From Cyanobacteria bacterium auto_48_18 (GTDB lineage Bacteria > Cyanobacteriota > Vampirovibrionia > Obscuribacterales > Obscuribacteraceae), in the NCBI GenBank assembly GCA_036170915.1, contig JAVHQC010000034.1:49492-113491 (forward strand): a stretch of DNA of 64,000 nucleotides, read 5' to 3'. The notes below the pieces were generated by a model. The model ran no database searches. It had not been told where the DNA came from and was given only the letters and a program-made list of their open reading frames with translations. Positions 19,127 through 28,643 of this stretch are shown here, in pieces (the first letter of the stretch is position 1; each line of letters begins with the position of its first letter). A program made the translations under genes and the position numbers.

Positions 19127-20350
19127 TTACTGAGTAGCTCGCTGCAAAGATTCGCCCAGTAGTTGAAGGCTGCCATTCACCACCACTTTGTCATGAGGAT
19201 GCAGGCCGCTCAAAATTTCAACGTAACCACCAGTGGTGCGGCCGGGACTGACTTTCTTTTCCAAATAAGTATCACCTGGACCGTCAACATAAACTAAATA
19301 AGTCTCACCGGCTTTTTGCAGTGACGGTTCAGGCACCATTAAGGCCGTGGTGGCACCCACTTGCACCGACATGCGCGCAAACATTTCTGGCTTTAGTCTT
19401 TGGGCTTGATTATCAATTGTTACTCGCACTGCCATGGTTCTTGTCTGGGCGTCTACTTTTGAATCGACAAAATCAAGCACACCAGGGAATTTTTCATCAG
19501 GCAAACTGTCTACGAGAACCGTCACCGGCATGCCTTTCCTGACAAAACGCAAATTATTTTCCAGCACATTTGCTTTCAGCCAAACTTTAGATAGATCCGA
19601 GACCGAAAAAAGTGCTTTGCCGCCTTCAACTAATTCGCCCGGGTCGCAGTCTCTTTCAGTAATTATTCCTGAGCGCGGTGCAGTAATATCGAACACCAGT
19701 TGAATGTGCCGGCTTTTCACCACGCTATCGACCAGTGTCGGCGACGTACCGTAAAGGCGCAAGCGTTCTTTACTCGAAATAATCAGAGTCTGTTGCTTTT
19801 CGTCGGTGGCCAGAACTTCTTCTTTTGCTTGCTCGAGATCGCTTTCGGCCTGATCGACATCTGCCTTGGCTGCGATTTGCTCTTCCAGCAATTTATTTTT
19901 GCGCTCAAATACTTTCTGCGCCAGGGCAACCTTTAGTGTAGCGTGTCGCCTTTCTGACTTTAACTCGAGCAATTTGGTCAATAAATCACTTTGTATTTGA
20001 GCAATTTCATCACTGCGAATTTTTGCTAGCACCTGCCCCATTTTTACGTGGTCGCCAGGTTGCACCAGCACTTCTTCGATGCGCCCTGGTGTGAGTGATA
20101 TCACGGGCGTGCTCAGGTTTGTGTTGGCGAGCACCGTGCCGGCTGCTTCGCAAACAATTGGCAATGTTTTTACCGCCACCACTTCGGTAGTGATACCAAT
20201 CTTTCTTTGCTGGGTTTTCGATAACGCAATGGGGTCACTGGGGCTAGCAGCGTGGGTTGCGGGAGCGTCGCCATGCTTCAGCACCGCGGCTGTGTCAGTG
20301 GCACTGCAACCGGTCAAAAAGAGAAAACTAAATAGCAAAAGTTTTTTCAT
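19127..20350 (-). CDS. RND efflux periplasmic adaptor (CzcB/CusB-like), lipoprotein
   Basis: Lipobox LTGC; lipoyl/hairpin GRIEEV...GDHVKMGQ, ITAPRSG; TRTMAVR, LKPEMF. Confidence 0.92.
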   Translation of the reverse strand: MKKLLLFSFLFLTGCSATDTAAVLKHGDAPATHAASPSDPIALSKTQQRKIGITTEVVAVKTLPIVCEAAGTVLANTNLSTPVISLTPGRIEEVLVQPGDHVKMGQVLAKIRSDEIAQIQSDLLTKLLELKSERRHATLKVALAQKVFERKNKLLEEQIAAKADVDQAESDLEQAKEEVLATDEKQQTLIISSKERLRLYGTSPTLVDSVVKSRHIQLVFDITAPRSGIITERDCDPGELVEGGKALFSVSDLSKVWLKANVLENNLRFVRKGMPVTVLVDSLPDEKFPGVLDFVDSKVDAQTRTMAVRVTIDNQAQRLKPEMFARMSVQVGATTALMVPEPSLQKAGETYLVYVDGPGDTYLEKKVSPGRTTGGYVEILSGLHPHDKVVVNGSLQLLGESLQRATQ

Positions 20351-23300
20351 AGTTTTTTTGATTCTTCTTGTTCTACTACGACTAACTCTTCTACTGCTTT
20401 AATTTCTTTCGCCGCTTGTTCTTGCTCTTGGTGTTCCAAAAACTCTCTCACTTTCTGTGGCCTGCCGGGGCTAGGGCGGAATTTTAAATAAAGAGCGGGC
20501 AGTACATATAATGTCAAAAGTGTGCAAGACATTAGCCCTCCGATTATCACGATAGCAAAGGGTTTTTGTGTTTGCGAGCCAATTTCGTTTGACAGGGCAG
20601 CCGGCAGCAGTCCGACTGCTGCAATAGTAGCAGTCATCAACACCGGTCGCATACGGGTGATTGAGCCATGATAGACAGCGTCTTTTATAGACATGCCCTG
20701 ATGGCGCAGTTCGTTGACAAAAGATACGAGCAAAATGCCATTTTTTACAGCCAGACCAAACAGTGCAATCAAGCCGACTCCGGCAGAAATTGAGAAATAT
20801 GTGCCGGTTAAATTGAGGGCGAATACCGCGCCAATAGCGGCCAGTGGCACTACTGAGAACATAATTACAGCGCCCCCAAGGGTGCCGCAAGCTATATATA
20901 AGATGGTAATGATGATTGCAAGCGTAATTGGCAATACCATTGTCAGCTGGTGGGCAGCTTCGCGTTGTCTTTGAAATTCTCCTGTCCACTGCACGTGATA
21001 GCCATGGGGCAATTTGACTTCCTTTTCCACCCGCTTCTGTGCTTCTTCAACGGCGGTAGCCAGGTCGCGACCTCGCACATTGGCGCGAATGGTGCCCATG
21101 CGCGAGCCGGCATCGCGCCAAATTTGACTGGCACCGTTGACTTCAGTCAAAGTGGCCAGTTGCGCCAGTGAAACGGTGGCGCCCGACGGTGTATCTACCA
21201 GCACATTATGCAGAGCGTCTTCAGTGTTGCGATATTTTGGTGCCAGTCTGACAATAACTTCAAAGCGTTTCTCACCTTCAATCACAGAAGTCGCCGGCGA
21301 GCCACCAATGGCAATTTCGGTGAGCGATTTTAAATCGGCTTCGTTGAGGCCAAATCGCGCCGCTTCAGCTCTATCAATTTCAATGACAAATTGCGGCTGA
21401 CCTAAGAGCGGGTCAACGATAACGTCCACAATTCCAGGAGTCTCAGACATAATGGTGCCCGTGTGCTGGGCCAGTTTTTCAAGCTCTGCCAGGTTCGGCC
21501 CTGTTACTTTTGCCACTAGAGAGCCCTGTACTCCTGAAAGGGCCTCGTCTAGCGTGGTCTGAATATATTGAGTGAAATAATATCCAACCCCCGGAATTTG
21601 CTCCAGATCTTTGCGCATTGCGGCAATCAATAATTCTTTGTTTTCTTTGAATATGGGGCGCCATTCTTTTGCCGCTTTCAAATCAACATAATATTCCTGG
21701 TCGGCAAAACGCGCCGGATCAGTACCGTCATCTGGCCCGCCCACTTGCGAGAGCACCTGTTTGACTTCGGGGTAGCGCAATAGTGTTTCGCGAATTTCAG
21801 CTGCGTTTTTGACTGATTGGTCTAAAGTGACGCTACCTGGTTTGATGGTGGCCCTGAGCCAGATATTGCCTTCTTCTAAATGCGGAAGAAACTCGCTGCC
21901 TGTATGTAAAAACATATTGGCAGCGATGCCCACTGCCACTAACGATGAAAGGATAACCGGCAGCGGGTGCTTCAGGCACCAGGTCAAAGTTGGCTTGTAG
22001 AGCGCTTTAGCACCAGTCACAATTGGGCTTTGCCGCTCAATTAAAGGCTTTTTGATCAAGGAAAACGAAGCCAGCACGGGCACCAGAGCCAGTGCCAGAA
22101 GGCCGGCACCAATCAGAGCCGATACCATGGTGGCGGCCAGTGGGCGGAATAACTTTCCTTCCACGCCACTGAAAGTAAAAATGGGTAAGAACGTAGCGAC
22201 AATGACCACGATGCCAAATACGATTGGGCCCGCTACTTCTCTGGCTGAATCAGTCAATATCAGTAGCCTTTGTGCGGGTGTTTTATCTTGACCTTCTTCT
22301 GATAGTCGCCTGATGATATTTTCTGTCATCACCACGGCACTATCTACAAGAATGCCAAAATCGATTGCTCCTAAACTGAGCAGATTGGCCGGTACGCCGA
22401 GCAAACATAATGCGATAAAGGCGGCCAGCATCGACAGGGGAATGACGCAGGCAGTAATAATTGCCGAGCGCAAATCAACCAGAAATATAGCCAGTAAGAC
22501 AACAACGAGAGTGATACCAATAGTGACATTGGTACCAACAGTGGTGAGCGTTTGATTAATTAGCCACTCGCGGTCGTACAACGTTGTCAGCTTCACCCCT
22601 GGTGGCAGAGTGGCTCTGATATCAGGCAGGCGCTCTTTAATTGCCTGCAGCACACGGGTAGGATTTTCGCCCCGGCGCAGAAGCACAATGCCTTCCACGC
22701 AGTCGTCTTCAGTGCCGTGACCGGCCTGCCCGCGCCTGACCATGGGGCCAATTTCAACATCGGCCACATCGCGCAGCTTAATTGGAATGCCGCCTGCAGT
22801 TGACTCAATGGTGACGTTGCGCAAATCTTCTTCGTCTTTAATCAAACCTATTTGGCGCACAATTAAAGCGCTGCCGTTGTGTTCGATAAAACCACCGCCT
22901 GTGGTGGCATTGCAATGTTCTACGGTGTCAAAAACTTGTTTTAGGGTAATGCCGCGAGCCCGCAGTTTGAGCGGGTCTACGTTGACCTGGTAGGTTTTAG
23001 TCGGCCCGCCTTCGCTGACGATGCCGATTACCCCAGGAATCTGGCGGAAGAGTTTTTCCAGATCCCACTGTTGAATGGCCCTCAGGCCCATGGGTGAAAC
23101 ATATGGGCTGGAGAGCGAATAGCGAAATATTTCCCTCAATGAGCCTACATCTGGTTCTAAAGTGGGTTCCACGTCAGGTGGAATATTGGCCTGTTGAATG
23201 CGCTCAAGTACTTGCTGTCTGGCAAATGCAGTGGTGGTGCCATCTGTATAGGTCGAAATAATTACCGACAAGCCATAAAGCGAGAGCGACCGCAGAGCCG

Positions 23301-23547
23301 TTTGACCAGGGATGCCGTACATTTCCTTTTCAAGCGGAATTGTCACCAGGCGCTCCACTTCTTCTGAGCCTTTGCCCGGAACAAGAGAAATTACCCGCAC
23401 TTGAGGGTTGGAGAGTTCTGGATAAGCTTCAATGGGCAAGGCCTTCCAGGCAAAAATGCCACCTAAAATCAATATTAGGGCGCCAATCAACGTGAAATAG
23501 CGTCCTTTCAGGGCCGCTGTGATAAATGTGTCGATAGGTGACTGCAA
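20347..23547 (-). CDS. CusA/CzcA family heavy-metal efflux RND permease (copy 1)
   Basis: PIEAYPE, LGAIDFGILVDSAVVMTEN, EGKLFRPLA, RMRPVLMTA; 4-nt overlap with the adaptor gene. Confidence 0.95.
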   Translation of the reverse strand: MQSPIDTFITAALKGRYFTLIGALILILGGIFAWKALPIEAYPELSNPQVRVISLVPGKGSEEVERLVTIPLEKEMYGIPGQTALRSLSLYGLSVIISTYTDGTTTAFARQQVLERIQQANIPPDVEPTLEPDVGSLREIFRYSLSSPYVSPMGLRAIQQWDLEKLFRQIPGVIGIVSEGGPTKTYQVNVDPLKLRARGITLKQVFDTVEHCNATTGGGFIEHNGSALIVRQIGLIKDEEDLRNVTIESTAGGIPIKLRDVADVEIGPMVRRGQAGHGTEDDCVEGIVLLRRGENPTRVLQAIKERLPDIRATLPPGVKLTTLYDREWLINQTLTTVGTNVTIGITLVVVLLAIFLVDLRSAIITACVIPLSMLAAFIALCLLGVPANLLSLGAIDFGILVDSAVVMTENIIRRLSEEGQDKTPAQRLLILTDSAREVAGPIVFGIVVIVATFLPIFTFSGVEGKLFRPLAATMVSALIGAGLLALALVPVLASFSLIKKPLIERQSPIVTGAKALYKPTLTWCLKHPLPVILSSLVAVGIAANMFLHTGSEFLPHLEEGNIWLRATIKPGSVTLDQSVKNAAEIRETLLRYPEVKQVLSQVGGPDDGTDPARFADQEYYVDLKAAKEWRPIFKENKELLIAAMRKDLEQIPGVGYYFTQYIQTTLDEALSGVQGSLVAKVTGPNLAELEKLAQHTGTIMSETPGIVDVIVDPLLGQPQFVIEIDRAEAARFGLNEADLKSLTEIAIGGSPATSVIEGEKRFEVIVRLAPKYRNTEDALHNVLVDTPSGATVSLAQLATLTEVNGASQIWRDAGSRMGTIRANVRGRDLATAVEEAQKRVEKEVKLPHGYHVQWTGEFQRQREAAHQLTMVLPITLAIIITILYIACGTLGGAVIMFSVVPLAAIGAVFALNLTGTYFSISAGVGLIALFGLAVKNGILLVSFVNELRHQGMSIKDAVYHGSITRMRPVLMTATIAAVGLLPAALSNEIGSQTQKPFAIVIIGGLMSCTLLTLYVLPALYLKFRPSPGRPQKVREFLEHQEQEQAAKEIKAVEELVVVEQEESKKL

Positions 23548-23738
23548 AGAAAGTTACTCAGTTCGAGCAGTTAACTCGGTAGTAGAACATAGAAAATTGT
23601 ACAGCTGAAGTCGCCGAACCTTTCGCCAAACTTTCGAAATGTAAGGTCTGATGGTTTCAAAGTGCGCTGTACACTCCTGCTTACCCCACCTGGCGCTATA
23701 ATGTAGGCGTCTTCAGCTCTGAAGCGCCGGGCCTATAA

Positions 23739-26333
23739 ATGTCAGACCTCGATTTAACTAAATATGCCAATTCGGTGGGCCTGGTCTATGACTTGAGTCT
23801 GCCGGTGCGTTATCCGCTGGCCGCCGTCTGGCAGGTAGACGCCGAAACCGTGGTCACTTGCGCCCACTCGGTGATTCTCTACTCTAATATTCTTAAAGCC
23901 CTGCGGGTGCGCTTTCCTACCAGCGGCCGTGAATATTCGGTCAAATCGGTGGTTTACCACGCCAAAGTAGACAAAGCCATTCTCAAAACCATGGCCAAGC
24001 AAGGTCTCACCGACCCGGTGAATGGTTTGCCTCTGCAAAAGCATAATGTCGCTTTGCTTAAACTGTCGCCCAATGTTGAAGAGCTCAGGCCTGAAGAAGT
24101 CGAAGAAATAAATGATTCGTTTGAGCGCTTTTTGCCTGAGCACGAACCAGGTCTTGGTGGCAGTCTGGCCGAAATAGAATTGCCTCTTGTCGTGCAGACA
24201 ATTACCAACGCGCGCAAAACAGGCACCGTCTCAATTTTAGACGAGCGCAATCGAGTGGTGGGCAAGCTTTTCTGCCGCAACGGCCGCGCTACTCACGCCT
24301 ACTATTTCAACCTGATTAACGAAAATGCCATCTATCAAATAATCATGCATCGCCTCACCGGCAGCTTCTATTTCACATCAGAAGAGGCTCCCGATTGGAC
24401 TACCGTTGCTGAGATTTCCCGCCCCATAGATATGCTCTTAATTGAGTCGCTGCGCCGCTCTGACGAACTAGAAAAAATGTCGTCCATTGTGGGCGGCCCT
24501 TCGAGTTTGTTTGTCAGAGTCACTCCGCAACCAAACTATGACATTTTGCCACCTGACGCTCGCGAAGCCACCAAATTGCTGTGGCCACTTTTAGATGGTG
24601 GCACTCCCCTTGGTTTGATGTGGCAAATTGCTGGTGTTGATGATTATGCAATTTATTCTGCCATGCAGGAGTTGGTGAAGACCCGCCAGGTAAGCTACTT
24701 TGAAGCACCCTTTGTTAAGGGTGGTGGCGAGATGGTGCCTCTCATGCTCGGGGTGCAAACACCGCTTTCGCCAAACGATCTGGTCACTGCTTTATGGGTA
24801 GAAGATTCTTCTTTGGCACCACTAATTCGCCCCGGCACTTTGCTCGGCAGTGTTAAAGATTTAGACCCGTCACATGTATTGCACAATATCGGTTTGCCCT
24901 TTGAAGCGGCCGGCTGTCCTATTTTCAAAGATGGTGGCGTGATCGGCATTCATTGCGGCACCGTTCCTCCTGACCCTGCTGTTGTCACTCCTGATGGTGG
25001 CTTCCATCAGATGATCTGGGTGGAGCAAGTAGTGGAATGTCTGAGAGATGCAGGCAATGGCGAACTGGTAAAGAAACTTACGCTGAGCGGCGAAGATACA
25101 CCAGAAGCCGCAGCCAAGGCAGGTTGCCGTCAGGTTGCCCGCATTCAGTGTCCTAAATGCGGACGCTCGTCTATGGACGAACCTAATTTTTGCAAGGGCT
25201 GTGGGCAGCGGTTGATTCAAGATTCTGACTATAAAGGGCCGATTGGAAAACGATTGACCAGTCTGACAAAAGCTAAAACCAAGATGATTGGTAAAACGAA
25301 AGTGAACGCTGGTCCGCGTATCATCAAAACCGAAGCCAGCGGCCAGCGGGTCAACCCTGTGCTCCTGGCGATTGTGCTCACACTGATTTTTGTTGGTGGT
25401 GGGGCGGCTTGTATGGCCATGATTCCACGCCCCAATTTTATTAGCGCCACCCCGGTGAAGTGCGCTGACGCGGGTAAAGCCTGGCTGGCCACGGCTTTGA
25501 TTGAGTTTCAGGGGCCTAAAGACTTCAGACGCGACGACAATTATGTGCTCAATGGGCCGGCCCAGTTCAGTATCGGCATTCTGCCCAAGCGCCCCTGCTA
25601 CCTTTATGCCTTTACTTTGCAAAATTCAGGTCGGGTAAATCTGCATAGCCCCACTACTGCGGCTCAAGACGTTATTCTTGATCAGGGTGTGACTTACCTG
25701 CTTAAAAGCGATGGCCTGGAGCGCACGCCCCTTTCGCAGCAGCACATTACTTTCTTCGGCTGTGAAAATACTGACGGCGTAGAAAAGTTTGTTCTTGTGG
25801 CTAGCGGCATGAAGAGTGCCATTCTGGGCATGAAAGACCCTGCCGCCCAAGAAAAAGCAATCAAGCAATTTGTCACTCAGGCCGACCAGTTGGCCAGCTG
25901 CAACGAGCATGAAGGCGGCGTTATTGTGCACGCCAGAGGCCTGGGCGAGCAGTTCTTCGAACAAGCGCCCGCCGGGTCGCACCTTGGTGTTAACGGTCTG
26001 ATGGGCAAAGATGTTTACATATGTGTGGTGGAGGTAAGGCATAAAAAGGATGCCAGTCTCGACAATCAAGAACCCAGCGAACAGGCTTCTAAGCAAACCT
26101 TGCCAAAGCCTGAGACACTGAAGCCAGCGGCTAGTGTCGAGGCACCAACACCTGTGGCTCAACCGCCTGGACAACCCCAAGCACAAACTCAAGGACAACC
26201 GCAAGCCAAGCCTGAGACACCCAAAACCGATGGTACGGCGCCGGTTCAGGCTCCTTCGAGCTCACCGGAAACTCCTCCTAATAAGGAGCCGACTATAGAT
26301 AGTACGAAAGCTGGGCCAACAGCAGAGACCTAA
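23739..26333 (+). CDS. Membrane protein: split inactive trypsin-like domain with DUF4388 insert, zinc ribbon, TM, DUF4384-like domain, Pro/Gln tail
   Basis: VVTCAHSV; HNVALLKL; GSLAEIELPLVVQTITNARKTG; EAAGCPIFKDGGVIGIH; CPKC...CKGC; TM LLAIVLTLIFVGGGAAC; CYLYAFT..SGRVNLHSP. Confidence 0.7.
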   Translation: MSDLDLTKYANSVGLVYDLSLPVRYPLAAVWQVDAETVVTCAHSVILYSNILKALRVRFPTSGREYSVKSVVYHAKVDKAILKTMAKQGLTDPVNGLPLQKHNVALLKLSPNVEELRPEEVEEINDSFERFLPEHEPGLGGSLAEIELPLVVQTITNARKTGTVSILDERNRVVGKLFCRNGRATHAYYFNLINENAIYQIIMHRLTGSFYFTSEEAPDWTTVAEISRPIDMLLIESLRRSDELEKMSSIVGGPSSLFVRVTPQPNYDILPPDAREATKLLWPLLDGGTPLGLMWQIAGVDDYAIYSAMQELVKTRQVSYFEAPFVKGGGEMVPLMLGVQTPLSPNDLVTALWVEDSSLAPLIRPGTLLGSVKDLDPSHVLHNIGLPFEAAGCPIFKDGGVIGIHCGTVPPDPAVVTPDGGFHQMIWVEQVVECLRDAGNGELVKKLTLSGEDTPEAAAKAGCRQVARIQCPKCGRSSMDEPNFCKGCGQRLIQDSDYKGPIGKRLTSLTKAKTKMIGKTKVNAGPRIIKTEASGQRVNPVLLAIVLTLIFVGGGAACMAMIPRPNFISATPVKCADAGKAWLATALIEFQGPKDFRRDDNYVLNGPAQFSIGILPKRPCYLYAFTLQNSGRVNLHSPTTAAQDVILDQGVTYLLKSDGLERTPLSQQHITFFGCENTDGVEKFVLVASGMKSAILGMKDPAAQEKAIKQFVTQADQLASCNEHEGGVIVHARGLGEQFFEQAPAGSHLGVNGLMGKDVYICVVEVRHKKDASLDNQEPSEQASKQTLPKPETLKPAASVEAPTPVAQPPGQPQAQTQGQPQAKPETPKTDGTAPVQAPSSSPETPPNKEPTIDSTKAGPTAET

Positions 26334-26407
26334 AATCACTAAACCACCCTAATTTCTTTTTGGCCAGGGTAGGGCAAGAGTAATCGGTAAGGACGAAGGA
26401 GAAGAAA

Positions 26408-27319
26408 ATGAACGCGCTTGAACTAATCAGAAAATCTTGCGCACTTTCGCTGGCTGCGGCACTTGGTTTGGCAATAACCTCTGGTGCTTTTGCTGAGGAA
26501 GTGGGCGGAGCGAAGGGTCTATTCTTCGAACAACTGGAAAAACCGACCCAGTCTCTTAACACCGGTATCAGTTACTCAATTGAACTCAAGCGCGACGGAC
26601 ATCTGTCTAAAGTCAGCAACAAGCAGCAATTTAGAAAAGGCGATAGCATTCGCTTTCATGTGCGCTCGAACATTGATGGCTATTCATATATTTTGCTTTC
26701 CAGCGGAAGCCGCGGTGAATCATCGGTGCTTTTCCCCAACGAAAGTAGTCGCGAAGACAATCACGTAGAACGGGGTAGAACCTACGTTTTACCTACAGAC
26801 GGCTACCTTACTTTTGACGAAAATCCAGGCTTAGAGAAGCTGACATTGTTGCTTTCTCGCACTACCATGGACGCCCAGGCCTATCTTGCTAAGCCACAAA
26901 AAGAAGTAACGATGATTGCCTCCGCTCAGACAGGCAGCAAAGATCTGGTGCCAGCGAGAATCTATGTTTCTTACAATGCACCGAAAGTAGAAGCGCCAGT
27001 ATTTTTGCCGGCAACAACTAGCACGACTACAAATAATCCGGCGAAGAAAACTGTAGTTAGAGAAACCACTAAAAAGATTGAGCGTGTAGAAAAAGTTGAG
27101 AAGATTGCCGTACGCAACAACAACAACAACGATGACGACGACAAACCAAAAGCTGTGAAAAAGCCTGTTGTTAAAAAGCACGTGACAACAGCTTCTTCCA
27201 GTACATCGAGTTCGAGTCGTCACTCTGCTCCTGCTTCAGATGACGAAGGAACAGTAACAGTGGTGTCACAACAATCAAGTGGTGTGCTTCACGTAGATGT
27301 AGCTCTGCAGCACATTTAG
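26408..27319 (+). CDS. Secreted DUF4384 domain protein
   Basis: GGAG SD; signal peptide ending AFA; FRKGDSIRFHVRSNIDGYSYI...VLFPN...FDENPGLEKL. Confidence 0.85.
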   Translation: MNALELIRKSCALSLAAALGLAITSGAFAEEVGGAKGLFFEQLEKPTQSLNTGISYSIELKRDGHLSKVSNKQQFRKGDSIRFHVRSNIDGYSYILLSSGSRGESSVLFPNESSREDNHVERGRTYVLPTDGYLTFDENPGLEKLTLLLSRTTMDAQAYLAKPQKEVTMIASAQTGSKDLVPARIYVSYNAPKVEAPVFLPATTSTTTNNPAKKTVVRETTKKIERVEKVEKIAVRNNNNNDDDDKPKAVKKPVVKKHVTTASSSTSSSSRHSAPASDDEGTVTVVSQQSSGVLHVDVALQHI

Positions 27320-27385
27320 CGAGCTGAACGATGGCCTTTTGATTAAAGGCTCTTAAGGGCGACGGGAAAATCTCATATAAACTCT

Positions 27386-27429
27386 GCGGAAAGGGGCTAT
27401 TACAAGCTCCTTTCCGTTGTATTATTTGT
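27386..27429 (+). terminator. Probable intrinsic terminator
   Basis: GCGGAAAGGGGCT-attaca-AGCTCCTTTCCGT followed by a U-rich tract. Confidence 0.55.
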
Positions 27430-27550
27430 TTCCAACCTGCCGCTTGGTGAAGAGCTGCTTAACCTGGCCTTAAACCAAAGTGCGACATGATCATCCTGCA
27501 AATCTACTTTTCGTCTTCCCCAAACCCCCGCCCCCCAATGGTTTAGTCCA

Positions 27551-27688
27551 ATGCCAATGATCTTTATATTATCGATTGGTTTGACACTGTTTCTTTTAAT
27601 TGGTGTGTTTTTGGTTTTGAATCCTGACTTGATCTCGCCCAGCCTGGCGAGACGGTGGAGTCGAAATCATAAATATGGACGCCACTAG
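27551..27688 (+). CDS. Putative 45-aa single-TM small protein
   Basis: MPMIFILSIGLTLFLLIGVFLVLNPDLISPSLARRWSRNHKYGRH; below the ORF-track cutoff; no clear SD. Confidence 0.4.
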   Translation: MPMIFILSIGLTLFLLIGVFLVLNPDLISPSLARRWSRNHKYGRH

Positions 27689-27777
27689 TATTAGCTAGAT
27701 CTAAATAGAACTACTGTAATGTATGCCCTTTGCCGCCGCTGTTCTCATATAATATGTTGACAACGGGAGGTTCGCAG

Positions 27778-27942
27778 ATGCAAGTTACGGCCGGTCTATT
27801 TCTAATCGATTTTCTCGTGCGACCTTTCGCCAAGATCTATCAAAAAATGCCTTTCATGGTTTTTATAATCATGCTTGTGCTTTACGGCATAGTCGCCTAT
27901 ATCGTCTGGAAATCAGCATTCAAGCCAGAAGAGCAGTACTAG
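27778..27942 (+). CDS. Small membrane protein (54 aa)
   Basis: GGAGG SD and TATAAT upstream; hydrophobic FMVFIIMLVLYGIVAYIVW. Confidence 0.7.
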   Translation: MQVTAGLFLIDFLVRPFAKIYQKMPFMVFIIMLVLYGIVAYIVWKSAFKPEEQY

Positions 27943-27964
27943 AAATTTTTTCTTAGTGATGATC

Positions 27965-28438
27965 TCAGTGATGATCGCTGGGGTGCACAGTAGACAGGTG
28001 CACTGATATCTTGTCGCTTTCCACGCCGACGATACCAACATATTGTTCAATAAAGTTTTTCACCTGGCCAGGCCCAACCTCTCCATCGAGAGTGTAGGTG
28101 CCGTGATCGAGCGGCTTGCTGTCAAAATCATAAGTGTCATAGGTAACAGTAACGTCTTTAATCGGCACATTGTTGTAGTTGGCTACGCGTATCCAACAGA
28201 CCGGGCAATTGATTACCCAGAGGCCCGAAATGTGCCAATCGACTAGCTCAACGCGAGTGTTGGCCGTGAGCTCACGGTCACCTGGTTCGGGGGTGCAACC
28301 AGTGACGGTGACTGATAGAGTGAGCAGAAAAGTAATGAGAAGTAGAGCGGCACAAAACATCGAACAGTTGAAAACAGCTCTGGCAGTGACTGCGCCTTGG
28401 AGCTTAATGCCAAATGGGGGACGCCTTGCTAGTGACAT
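27965..28438 (-). CDS. Putative lipoprotein with Ig-like (FxLYD-like) domain
   Basis: Hydrophobic stretch ending VTGC; IRVAN.NNVPIKDVTV.Y..YD...GEVGPGQVKNF; start uncertain. Confidence 0.6.
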   Translation of the reverse strand: MSLARRPPFGIKLQGAVTARAVFNCSMFCAALLLITFLLTLSVTVTGCTPEPGDRELTANTRVELVDWHISGLWVINCPVCWIRVANYNNVPIKDVTVTYDTYDFDSKPLDHGTYTLDGEVGPGQVKNFIEQYVGIVGVESDKISVHLSTVHPSDHH

Positions 28439-28643
28439 AAGCCGCTCAGCTTTGAACCTCGTCTCAGTTAATAAGACTGGGAAGTAAATCCACGCCGGGC
28501 ATATTCTGTGCAATACCCAATAGAATGAGTACAGCAAAGACTAAGAACAGGCCAAAAAATGCTGGTTCGCCTTCGGATAACATTTCGCTGACTCGACAAG
28601 GTAATGGGATAGTCTGATTATATCAGTTGTAAGTGGGTACGCT

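Noticed and set aside
24870..26204. Long antisense ORFs (250 and 192 aa) opposite the pseudo-protease gene
   Set aside because: Shadow ORFs of a well-supported sense gene with no recognisable motifs; the same applies to the other antisense ORFs in the track.
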